Source of the DNA: Macrostomum lignano
Lineage: Eukaryota
Assembly (NCBI GenBank): GCA_002269645.1
Contig: NIVC01000012.1
Location: 1,240,001 to 1,304,000 of the forward strand
Length of the DNA stretch: 64,000 nucleotides
Reading direction: 5' to 3'
Shown here: positions 35,727 to 49,181 of the stretch, piece by piece
Layout of the letters: every line of letters starts with the position of its first letter
How positions within the stretch are numbered: the first letter of the stretch is position 1
Made by a program: the position numbers and the translations under genes
Notes under the pieces: model-generated
What the model was told of the DNA's origin: nothing
Seen by the model: only the letters and a program-made list of their open reading frames with translations
Databases searched by the model: none

Positions 35727-37971
35727 TTGATGTAACCACGCTCTGGTCGCGGGATAGGGCATGGGAACTTTTTCGAAAGTGCCTCCTATCCCGTGTACCC
35801 TCTGCACAGAGCTGTCGAGACTCGGCCAGGTCTCCGCCCAGGCCTGGAGACTCCCGCTCTGCTGCCCCCCCTCCTACTGCCTTGGTTCCGTCTCCCCTGC
35901 CGCCACACCTGCCTTTCCGGAGCTCCCTGTCCCTCTCTGTACCCTCCCCTCTACCTTATCTCCCCTGCACTCCACCCTATTCTTCTTGTACTTCCCCTTT
36001 CCCCCCCTCTTTTTGTCTCTCTCTGCACTCTTTTCCTGCGCTGTCCCCTCCTTCTCTGTGTCTACTTACAGTATTTTGTGTGCTCACCGTCTCCCCATCC
36101 CCTCCCAAACTCCCAAACGGTGACGTAAGTCGTGAGACCCCTTCTTCCCCCCGGTGACTCATCGATGACTCATCCCCCTCTCTTGCGCAACCTTTTCTCA
36201 TGCCATTGTTCTCCTCCCCAAATTTCTCATGCGACACCCACCCCACCTCCGCTTCTATTGTTCTCGTTTTTGCTTCTTTTGTTCTCTCGACCCCCACCAA
36301 TTATCACATTTTCTCCGATTTTCTCTTTCTTTTGTTCTCGTTTTCGCACCTAATTATCACCTTTTCTCCAATGTTTACTTTTCCATTGTTCTCAGTTTTC
36401 CCCAATTATCCCCGATTTCCAATTCCTTTGTTCTCGACCCCAGCCCTATTGTTCTCAATGTTTGCTTGCGCAACACTTTCGCGACCACCCGCTGCGCCAA
36501 TTATCCCCCCACCCCACCTCCGGATTGCGCAATTTCCCGATTTCTCATGTTGCTATGCCGGTCTCATGCTTCTCATCATGACTCATTCTGACGTCATTCT
36601 GCCGGCAGCCAATCAGAGAGAGGGAGCCATGGTAACGACCTTGAGGAGGCGGCTGTGAGGTCTATAAAAGGAAGCGATTTCGGCATGATAATCGTCAATC
36701 GCGTTCTACGCTTCAACTTCTGCCCACCTTCGGGCTCCTAGTCTTTCTTTAGACTTGCCGTCAGACTGAGTTCTGACCCATTCGTCTATTAGACGAATCC
36801 CTGCCGGTCCGCGGTCTGTTACCGTCAAGTTATCCTTAGCTCCCCAAGTGAGCTCGCCTATCGGCCAGCGGTCTGATACCGCCCAGCATCATCAGCATCG
36901 CCTGATCTACATCAGCGCCTCGTCGCTCCAGCGCATCGCCGCTTCACCGTCTGCCTGACTGCAGCCTACAGCCACCCTCGGTCACTCCGCCTCTCTCTCT
37001 CTCTCTCTCTGTGCAGCTGCCGGTAAGTTCCTGTTACTAATTTGTGCTCTAATTGCCTTTGCTTATCCGGGGTTTGCCTATTTTCCATTGTCTGATTAGA
37101 GAGCTGAGCCAATTGTGATACCGTATCTTTTGCTGTATTTTACTCAATAGTGAAGCCGCCTAATTGCCTGATTATTCGCCTAAGGGCCTAATTATTAACT
37201 ATTAACTAACTTCATCATTATTCAATCTTTCACCATCATTTAACTCATGGCTTGCTAAGCCTTTCTCCCGGGGTGGCAAAGCATAAGGAAGTTTGGGTAA
37301 GCTAATGGCCTCTCCCCGTGCAAAGCCCGCCTGTGAGTGCGTGCTGCGGGGCCGCGTGTGCGTGCAGTAGAGCGATTAGCGAGTCTTGGCACAGAATGGC
37401 AGTAGGAAGGTTGCAACCCCATGCTGACGCGTCCCTTCGCCCTGAGCAATCTAAACTGTAGACAGTACATGTTCGCCTCATACTACTCTTGGTAATCAAA
37501 GTCGCAAGTCAGCCTCGCTCACAGCCACAAAGGATCCCCTGCTGAGAAATCCTCCAGGATTGAGCCCAGAGTTCCCGATCATGCCCCAAGCGGAGTCCCT
37601 GTACTCGGCTGCATGCGTCTCCCCTGTTAGCCTAAATCCCCTGGTAACCAATCCAGGCGGGGCTCTAGCCTCGAGAGGTCTGGTAGAAAGATCCAGGTGC
37701 GCCAGGTCACATAGAGTGGTGGCAGCCACTCGGTCATACCATGACCGAGTGACCAACTATTGCACCTTGGCTACAGGTGGGGTCCATGTGGGTCCTTGGC
37801 CCTCTGGTCACGAAGCGCTACCAAAAGCTACTAATCATGTGGGCGGGACAGTCTGGTGCTGGAGGTCCGTCAGGTCGTTGCCCGGTCATAGGCAGCCTAC
37901 GGTCATTGCCCCCTCTAGTCATGCGTTCGTCTCTCTACGGAGCGGACAGGCGACAAGGGCGGTTACATCAA
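35727..37971. mobile_element. 2.25-kb element bounded by inverted ends (ttgatgtaacc ... ggttacatcaa), TA on both flanks; solo-LTR-like or non-autonomous TIR element
   Basis: Inverted match tattgatgtaacc 35725-35737 / ggttacatcaata 37961-37973; internal CCAATCA (~36610) and TATAAAA (~36663); no recognisable enzyme ORF. Confidence 0.5.
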
Positions 37972-38975
37972 TAATAAATAAGCAATTATTGGTTGAAAAA
38001 AACGAAAAATTGACAATTGAAACAGGAATAAACATTGGCAAGAATTTTAAATAACTTTTATTGCTATAATTTAATTTATTGTTAGGGCTAAATGAATATA
38101 GGAATTAAAGTTTTGATTTATTTAATTTAAATAGTAGATGACAAAAAGGACTGTTTCACAGCCTATAGTGTACAAGTACGGATCAGTATTTACTAATCAC
38201 GGTAAGATTCTAATAACAATGGCAATAATCGAATGAGGAAAAACTGAACAGTAATGAATTTTTTTATTGGGACACTCGTGCAATGCAAGTCAAATAAATA
38301 AGCCGGCTTTTAATAGTTTGGCGCCATGTCAATCTGATATCTAACATTTTAGCGCCATGTCTAACTGATACCTAACAGTTTCGCACCATCTCTAACAATA
38401 TCCAACAGTGTTTGTCAATCGAATTGATGTTAGCATTAATAATTGTAAAAGAATTTTGAGCTAAAATTTAATTTAATTTGTAAAAAATCACTAAACACAA
38501 TTGATTAGCAATTGCAAATTGGACAATAATGGCTTCAGGTGGACCGGCTTATTGCATGCATTTTTCAAAGCAGACTAGATGCAGCCGATTGTTTGCAGCC
38601 CAAAAGCAGCTGACGAAATTGTCCCTGACGTAAAGCAGAGCGCTAGCAGCAGCATCAGCAGCAGCCCGCAAGGCTGTTTTTGCACATTTGAGCTTCGATT
38701 GACGTCTGAAAAAAACGAAAAAAACGTTTTATACTACTATACTTTGACATGGAAAGCCAGAAGCGTAAACCGTTGAGATGCTCTGACCTCTGTTTATAGT
38801 GAATTCCAAATTCAGATTTATATGATTTTGCGAAAAAAGAATTTATTTTATTGACCCCAAGGACGACTAAAGTAACATATAAAGTAAAGTAACAAAGTCT
38901 ACCTAAGTAGTCCCAGGTTGACCCATATTTATGTAACTTTCGTAACATGGGATGACAAAGCTCTGTTAAGTTTTT

Positions 38976-39332
38976 AAACCCTAGACTAAACCCTAGCCTA
39001 AACCTAACATAAACTCTAACCTAAACCCTAGCCTAAACCCTAACATAAACTCTAACCTAAACCCTAGCCTAAACCCTAACATAAACTCTAACCTAAACCC
39101 TAGCCTAAACCCTAACCTAAACTCTAGCCTAAACTCTAAACTAAACCCTAGCCTAAACCCTAACCTAAACTCTAACCTAAACTCTAACCTAAACCCTAGC
39201 CTAAACCCTAACCTAAACTCTAACCTAAACTCTAACCTAAACCCTAGCCTAAACCCTAACCTAAACTCTAGCCTAAACTCTAAACTAAACCCTAGCCTAA
39301 ACCCTAAACTAAACCCTAGCCTAAACCCTAGC
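38976..39332. repeat. Telomere-like 12-bp repeat (aaaccctagcct / aaactctaacct)
   Basis: 6-bp periodic CCCTAA variants arranged in 12-bp units. Confidence 0.85.
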
Positions 39333-39961
39333 TTGAGTCTAAACTTCGACTACATGCCTAGCGCTCTCTAATACTTTTCCAATGACAAAATGACTCAAAG
39401 TGAGACAAAATTACCCAGCTTAACATAGTCAAGTGCTGATATTTTCGTCATTTCACTATACGAGTGACAGGCATGCTTCTATGGGTATTGAGCTCAGAAT
39501 GCTAGCCGCCACCCCAACTCGCTGATGAGGCTGGGCCGCGGTGTTTGATGAGGCATAACGAGTCTGTCGTGATGCTGGTCGCCGCTCTGAGAAGCTTGGG
39601 GACGTGACCCCCAGGCTCGGGGTTAGAGAGAAGGGGTTTCCTAATTTGATTCAAGCTGAGAAAGGCGGGGGCATGGGGGGTGCCTGGCTTGATGCAAAAT
39701 TTCATTTCTCGATGCTTCTTTAAGGAGAAAGGGAGCTGTTGTGTGCGTGCGGAGGAAATTCTATAAATTCTGAGAATTTGCACGAGCGTTAAAGAGCCAG
39801 AGAAGGGGTCGAGAAGGACGCAGGGAAGAATTGCAATTCCTGCTTCATCCTAGAATGATAAGAATAAATTAGTTGCAACAAATAATTAAATTTCATATTT
39901 TCAACGCTTTCTCTGTTGGCAGGAAACAATGTGATTTTTGTTTCCTGACTGAGTTCCCAAC

Positions 39962-41521
<1,560 letters not shown>

Positions 41522-43232
41522 AGTGTGAGGGAGAGAGTCGGACCCCCTACTCAGCTGCTTCTTAACCTTATAGAGTGCGAGATGCGTTTGACTGGCAAGG
41601 TAGTAAATTGTGGCAGATTATAGCGAGAGAGAGAGAGGGAGAGAGGGGATGGCAGAATAATAGTACAGTGCAGGTGCAGCCCCCCCCCCCGCCAGCTAGC
41701 TAGCCGTATACACGCAAACGATCCCTGGCACACCTTTCTTAGCCATGCCACTGCGGCTTTATTGGCTGAAGCTCAGCTCTACTCCCACTCTAGCAGTTCC
41801 TCTTTGCTCTCTCTCTCTCTCTCTCTCTTCTCTCCTCTTCTCCCCTTTCCCTAGCCCACTCGCCCGTGTGTGCCTCTACTCTCTATTTTATTACGAGGTA
41901 CGCCGACAAAAGCCACCCCATCACTGGCTGCCACCAAGAACGGCAGGCCACTTAAAATGAAACGGTCAGGTGTGCTATACAGAACGTAGTGTAGTGTAGA
42001 AAAGAAATTAATGAACTTACTGTAGAATATTGAGAATTATTGGTATCTGAATACAATTGAGTATAATTTAGCACCCTGAAATTTCCACTTCAACAATCAG
42101 AAAGCCAAGTTTACATGCTGGTGTACACGGCAGACATCCTGACAATCATAGTAAAGGCGTCTTGGAGACTTGTGAGGTGCTCCGGACGCTCATAAGAAGG
42201 TGTCTCAGGCTTCAGACAGAGAGGCACTCAGGGCCCTCACGAGAGGGCGCTCCGGTCACTCGGGAGAGCCAGATTTTTCTAGATCTGGCGTAAATTTCTA
42301 CAGTTTGTAGAACAGACGTTTCCTGTCCAAATTCTATGCCTAGAAATCCATGCGCGAACCATTCATTCTACGCTCCAGAATTGTAAGCGAGGGCTCAAAA
42401 AGTTGCTAACAAAAAGAGAAGTCACGCGATCCTTAAAATATTTCGGACCACAGTGTAAATGCTTCAATATAAAGCAGCGTGAACAGTTACCTTGGTTGAC
42501 CTCAGGTTACCGTTCACACAATGGCAACTATTAAAGAGGCTCTCACCAAGCTGAAATAATCAGCATTGCTTGCGGCGATTTCAAATGCAAAACAGCTAAT
42601 TTGTTAAATTTCATTCCTATGCAAATTTGCTGGATTCCTGAAACTTAGAAAACGACGCAAGACAAAAACTGAATACTCTTTTTGGTGAGAAAAAATCTTA
42701 GTTCATTGCTTAAATTAATGGATATTTTATGCAAGCTTAGCCTATCATACAACTGATAATTAGATTCAGGTCGATGGAAGTTCTGAGAGTCAGCAGTGGG
42801 CGTATTGATTGGTTTATTTAATTAGTTTTTAAACACCAGAATTCCTTGGGGCATTAGTCCAGTGGCAAACAATGGATGGTTAATATGACATACAATTTTT
42901 ACACTATACTAGCTTCTCATTCGAGTAGTGCATAAAATACATGTATGAGACATGAATGCTTATCAGATAAAAAGTTACATACTTACATATTAAGACGGTA
43001 ATTTTATACATTTTCAGGAGCGCAATACAAGAGTAAATTACAGAGAGTTTGTACACTTGCCAGACAACGAGAATGTTAGGGCCACTTTACACCCTGTGTG
43101 AGAGTGTTTATACACAGTGTTTATATGAGTCAGTGCTGGCATTGGCATACTATACGGTGAAAAATTGCGCCAAGTCTAGCAGTGACCTATCAGCTCGTAT
43201 CGATTCCAAAGTCATCTTCTGGTGGCTAAAGT

Positions 43233-46033
43233 TCAATTATACAGTCTAATTCTTGTGTCCACGGAGCGTCTGCACATGTGGCAAGCTGTCAGCTGCTTGG
43301 CGCAGCCGCGACAGGCCTGATGTCCGCAGCCGAAGGCAACGCCGACGCTGGAGGACATGCAGACGCGGCATTGGAATCTGTCGTCCAGCTCTGTCGAGGT
43401 TGACGAAGCTTCATCATCAGCTGATGCAGCCTCGAGCTGGCCTTCCTTGATCTCAATGGGCCGGTTGCAGGAGAGGCAAACGGTCAAGAGGACGCAGCAC
43501 CTGCGACAGGTTTTTCTATGGCCGCACGGTTGGAAAGTGACTGCAACATCGTCCGTGCGACACACTTCGCATAGATCTCTGTGGGAGTTATCGGTGATCG
43601 ACTTTAAGAGGCTGGTTTTTCAACCGTACAAAAACATTTCCAGCTTGGTCTTAAATGGACGCGGACTATCAAAACGGCGACTTCTCTGTCTGTCTTTCTA
43701 CTGCCTCGTAAGAGCGGAGCTTTCTCCGGGGGATTATGTTCTTGTAGTGTATTAGCGTTGGGCCGAATCGATGTAGAACTTCAAGTACACGAGGAAGCTT
43801 TAAAGACTCAATTCAAAGCTCTTGATTGGATTGGATTAGGAAACAAAAATTTAGACAGTTCTGTTGTTTTTTATGAATGCTATGACCTTTTAGAAATCTC
43901 GTATGCTGGATAGAACTGAATTTCGTTTCAATCTTTTCCTCTTTTGTGCGGCTTCCTGTGGCCGCTGACTGGAAAGTTGATTGACCTGGCCTTCTCTTGA
44001 GCTCTAGGTGTGCAAAGCCAGTCAGGAAGCAACTTCAAGGGGCTCATTTAAGTATAAGGGAGTACAATAAAGGTGCCTAACAAGCTACAGTCAGTTTTGC
44101 GAAAACGTTGCTTGTTATAAGTCAGGTGAAGCGGTCGAATATTCAAGCCGAAAGCATGTGAGCCTTAAAAAAGGGAAAATTTTCTTGCAAGAAACTTACA
44201 AGTCAGTTCATATAAACCTTTGTAATCTCTCCTGTGTAAAAACAGCAAATAAAGCTAACTAGCATTAAGTTGCATGCCACTGGTCCTATCCTTGCTTCTA
44301 CATGTTTTTCTCTCTTCATCAGTCTCTGATCGAGCCGCATACGAGCTCGAAGAATAAGACACGCGTGTCACAAAATATGAATCTGAGGCATGTGGATTGC
44401 AGAAAGATTGAGGCAACTCGCAAGGCGGATTACACAAGGTATGCTCCATCAAGGTATGCCCCATCTATGAGATACATATGGACTCAGTGCGATCTGTGTG
44501 AGCGCTAATAAACTGGCCGCTATTGTACAGCTCAACATTCACCAGCCTCCCCACTGACCTTCGCAGAACCTCCAGCACTTCGCAACGACCCAGCCTGACC
44601 GCCCAGTCCTCGGCCGTGCGGCCCGAAGAGTCGCGCAGTGCAGCATCGGCCTGGCACTGCAGCAGAAGCCGAGCAACTCCCAGCTGATCGCCGATCACTG
44701 CCAGCATCAACGGCGTCCAACAATCGTCCACCGTTTGAGCATCCCGATTGGCTCCCGCAGCCAGCAGCAGCCTAGCTACCTCCTCGTTGCCGGTCTCGGC
44801 CGCCAGGTGAAGAGCGCGAAATCCGGACGCCTGTTTGGCGCCACTAGCATCCGGATCGGCGCCGCAGGTCACTAGCAGATGTCGAGCACACTCGACTTGG
44901 CCTTGAATCGACGGCGAGCGACGGTCGATAGCCGCGGAGCGCATCAGCGGATTGAAGCCGTTCGAATCGAACAGGCCATCAACTGACAGGGCAGGTCCGG
45001 CGGCTGAACCGATCCCCAACTCGTCTGTCGCCGATTTCAATCCGACGCGGTCGCCTGACGCGGCCAGCTTGCAGATGCGAGAGCCAACCAGCTGGAAGGT
45101 GGGAATTTATCAATGTCTTGTTCGTTCATCTACTTTTGATAGCCTCTTTACGGCTTGGCTCTATTCTCCAAGCTTGCTGTGTAATTGCTAATTTTTTTGT
45201 GTACGATTGGTGTCAAGGATCACGGCAAGGTCATCGGGAAAGCTTTGGTCCGTGGACTGCAGGTACATGTATGCATGCAGAATCTACATCCGCATGTGGT
45301 TTCAATAGGTTAGGGCAAACTTCGAGTCACGATATTGTCTGCAAAGACAGAGTAATGTTCAATATTAAGAGAATAACACTTCATACACTGCATGCGGTCA
45401 GGAAGTGTCTGGGAATAAAAAAGTCCATAAGATCAAGTAGAGGTCTTTTAGTGTCAGAGATTATGCAGATTTTAGGAAGCAGCTGAGGTCACAGTAAGGG
45501 GACTGAGTGATTTAGGGTTATGTATGCCTGAGGTCACAACTAAGTTCATAGAGAAGCTGGAGTCATAGCCTGTCTGAGATCATGGCAAAGGTCATATGGA
45601 GAATCTGAGATCATAGCCTGCCTGAGGTCACGGCAAGGTCATATGGAGAATCTTAGATCATAGCCTGCCTGAGGTCGCGGAAAGGTCATATGGAGAAGCT
45701 GGGATCATAGCCTGCCTGAGGTCACGGCAAGGTCATATATAGAATCTGGGGTCATAGCCTGCCTGAGGTCACGGCAAGCTCAAGGAGAAGCTGGGGTCAT
45801 AGCCTGCCTGGGGTCACGGCAAGGTCATATGGAGAATCTGGGGTCATAGCCTGCCTGAGGTCACGGCAAGCTCAAGGAGAATCTGAGGTTTTTGTTCTTA
45901 GCAAAGCTATACTGTATCTTTCTACGTCAGAAAAGTCCTGATGGATGTTACATGCAAGTTCTCTTACCAGAATTTCATCCTCTTTGCCTCGGTCAGAGCA
46001 ATCTACCTGTAAATCGTCTACTTTCAGCTCCAT
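43233..46033 (-). CDS. Ankyrin-repeat protein with two C-terminal C3HC4-type RING fingers (mind-bomb-like C-terminus); putative E3 ligase
   Basis: Exon 45091-44559: ankyrin motifs FNPLMRSAA, FRALHLAAETGNEEVARLLLAAGA, WTPLMLAVIGDQLGVARLLLQCQAD. Phase-2 splice to exon 43578-43233: CEVC..PCGH..CRRC..CLSC and CRVC..GCGH..CRGC..CHMC..IRLYN*. Candidate first exon 46033-45968 (or -46007), phase 0; further upstream exons cannot be excluded. Confidence 0.8.
45520..45888. repeat. ~47-bp minisatellite (atcatagcctgcctgaggtcacggcaaggtcatatggagaatctgag)
   Basis: About 7-8 imperfect copies. Confidence 0.85.
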
Positions 46034-46639
46034 GATTATCGCAGCAGTTGACACAGTTTGAACTTATTGTAGCACAGCTGATATCAACAAAGGCATTTTG
46101 TGCCATTAATATATAGACGCTAGATTTGAAATCTTCCTTTTTAGTGTGCTCCGGAGAAGTTAAATTATTAAATGAAGCCCTTTTTAAAAAATGAACAATT
46201 ATTGTCGGAGTCCTAACTTGGTTCGTGAATATCAAAGCCGAGCTTCAGAGCTGTTTTCGTGAATTTCCTTTCAACAAGACTCTAGCTGTATCTATAGAGC
46301 TTTCCTGGCATTTTATCTGTGTAACAACCAAGCAAGCACGCATGACATTTCTGCGACCCTGACTTCCGAAAATATGCTGGTTAATACTGTACATTCTTAC
46401 ACAGTGGATACGAGAGTACCAAATGTACATTTAGCAACTATTTTTGGCCTCGTTGTTGACTGTTTATGTACATTGGTATATTAAGTACTTCAGTGTTCTG
46501 GTTTGTACGCTGTCTTGACGGAAATTTCCACTCTCAAGTTCTTTCTGTGGTATAGATATGGGATGCCCATACTCTCACGCACTGGGAGAATATGAAGTGC
46601 CAGTTTCACCACCACTATAGAGATGGGCTAGGCCCTTAC

Positions 46640-47285
46640 TTTGAGACAGACTCACCCATATTGAGACAGACTCACCCACTTTGAGACAGACTCACCAACT
46701 TTGACACAGACTCACCCATATTGAGACAGACTCACCCACTTTGAGACAGACTCACCACTTTGAGACAGACTCACCAACTTTGACACAGACTCACCCATAT
46801 TGAGACAGACTCACCCACTTTGAGACAGACTCACCACTTTGAGACAGACTCACCACTTTGAGACAGACTCACCAACTTTGAGACAGACTCACCACTTTGA
46901 GACAGACTCACCCACTTTGAGACAGACTCACCACTTTGAGACAGACTTACCAACTTTGAGACAGACTCACCAACTTTGAGACAGACTCACCAACTGTGAC
47001 ATATACTCACCCACTTTGAGACAGACTCACCCACTTTGAGACAGACTCACCCACCTTAAGACAGACTCACCCACTTTGAGACAGACTCACCAACTTTGAG
47101 ACAACTCACCCACCTTAAGACAGACTCACCCACTTTGACACAGACTCACCAACTTTGAGACAGACTCACCAACTTTGAGACAGACTCACCAACTGTGACA
47201 CAGACTCACCCACTTTGAGACAGACTCACACACTTTGAGACACCCAACCACTTGGAGACAGACTCATATACTTTGAGACAGACCC
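46640..47285. repeat. 19-20-bp minisatellite (ttgagacagactcacc[c]act)n
   Basis: About 32 copies. Confidence 0.95.
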
Positions 47286-47940
47286 ACATACATCTCAATG
47301 AGTTAATAAATGAGTAAAGCAACAAAGCATATTTAATACAGACTCATTTAATTGAAAGATTTATACTGCACTTTGTGGACAATATATATTTTCAATAAAT
47401 GAGTAATTTGAGTATATTTCGATTCGATTAGTGCAATCGAAAGCTTTCTTGGTGACTGAGAGCTGGATACTGAAGGTTTCGACTCAAAAAATTAAGTTTC
47501 GAATTCCCTATTAAAGAATTGATATACTATAAAAATTCAAATTTAAATAAACTTTTCCTAATATTCCAAACAAGCTACTTGCAGTAGAAAAGAAAAAGTC
47601 TGCGATGAATGTTTTTAAATCAATTTCAGGTTTCAGTAAAAAACAAAAACCTTATTTCAACGCAATTAAAGGTTCACTGACTTAAACACAGGCTTGAAAT
47701 CTATAGGGATACTGACGAATTCTTGTTCACAGTACTAACAGGGGGCATTGCACAACAAGTGAAAATCATAACAAGTTGGTGCTTTAAGCGTAGAAAGGTT
47801 AGCCATTTTTAGTGGGCGACACTAAAGAGACAGAAATGCAAATTTGGAAAATCTTGCTTATTGAAGCAGTGGACGATAGCCATGGATATATGAAGGTCAG
47901 AGATAAAAGAAAGATTGAGACGAAAAGGGAGCAGAAAGTG

Positions 47941-48030
47941 AGATTAGATAGATGGATAGATAGACAGATAGATAGATAGATAAATAGATAGAAAGATAGA
48001 TAGATAGAAAGATAGATAGATAGGTAGATG

Positions 48031-48082
<52 letters not shown>

Positions 48083-48134
48083 GATAGATAAATAGATAGA
48101 AAGATAGATAGATAGATAGATAGATAGGTAGATG

Positions 48135-48175
<41 letters not shown>

Positions 48176-48181
48176 ATAGAT

Positions 48182-48231
<50 letters not shown>

Positions 48232-48263
48232 GTAGATGGATAGATAGATAGATAAATAAATAA

Positions 48264-48349
<86 letters not shown>

Positions 48350-48355
48350 GGATAG
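47941..48355. repeat. Imperfect (GATA)n microsatellite
   Basis: Direct reading. Confidence 0.95.
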
Positions 48356-48769
48356 AATGATGCTGGCAGTGCAGAGACAAAACCAAAGCAAGCAGACTAA
48401 ACAACAGAAATAAGCTACGGCAGAAGCAAACACAAACTGGAAAAGCAGAAAAAGCAAAAGCGGCCTTTATAACGACAGCAAAAATTTCAAATCAATAAAC
48501 AAAAGTAATATCAATTATTAATAATAGAAATACTATTTGTGCAATTAATATTCTCACAGACTAATTTTTCTAAGTGGAAATGATTCGAAATTAATTAGGG
48601 CGCTAAAGTAAAAAGGTACTCATATACACTTATGCAATTGTGTAGAAAAACTGCATAGCACGTGTCTACTGATACTGAAAGTAGTCTAGTAGACATATGC
48701 ACTGTAAAACTATGCATTGTAGACAAATGATACACAAATGTAGGCATTTGGTAGCAAAAAATCCGGTTA

Positions 48770-48835
48770 ACCCAGTAGCCCAGTGGCCCAGCGCGGCGCT
48801 CTGATGTGCCAGCGGCCCAGGCTCGATTCCAAGTG
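48770..48835 (+). mobile_element. tRNA-like SINE head remnant
   Basis: A-box-like gtagcccagtgg (48775) and B-box-like ggctcgattcc (48820); no clean cloverleaf. Confidence 0.35.
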
Positions 48836-49181
48836 CAGTCACATTGATTTGGGGCTAAATTGGAATCTCGGCTTGGCTCTGCTCATGCAATTAACCCCCA
48901 AGGCACTGTGAAGTGCACATGCCTAACGATAAATAAAGTTAGGGCCGCTGTACACTCCTGTGTGAGTGTGTGCCTGTGCCTGTACTGCGTACGTATCCGC
49001 GCGTTTGTGTGCCTGCTCAGGGGAGTCGGTGGAATGGGCAGCAATGCCTCTCGCCGGTTGTGTGACAATGTCGCTTAAAGTGCGCCAGGGTGCACACAGC
49101 CCCTATGGACTGTAATAAACATGTATTCCACGACAAAATTCATTGATGAATTATATTCAAGATAGTCGTTCATCATTGAGA

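Noticed and set aside
39522-39560. Hammerhead ribozyme core (ctgatgag)
   Set aside because: No stem II-GAAA partner at suitable distance.
45520-47285. Repeat arrays superficially like CRISPR
   Set aside because: Head-to-tail units with no unique spacers, no cas genes, eukaryotic context.
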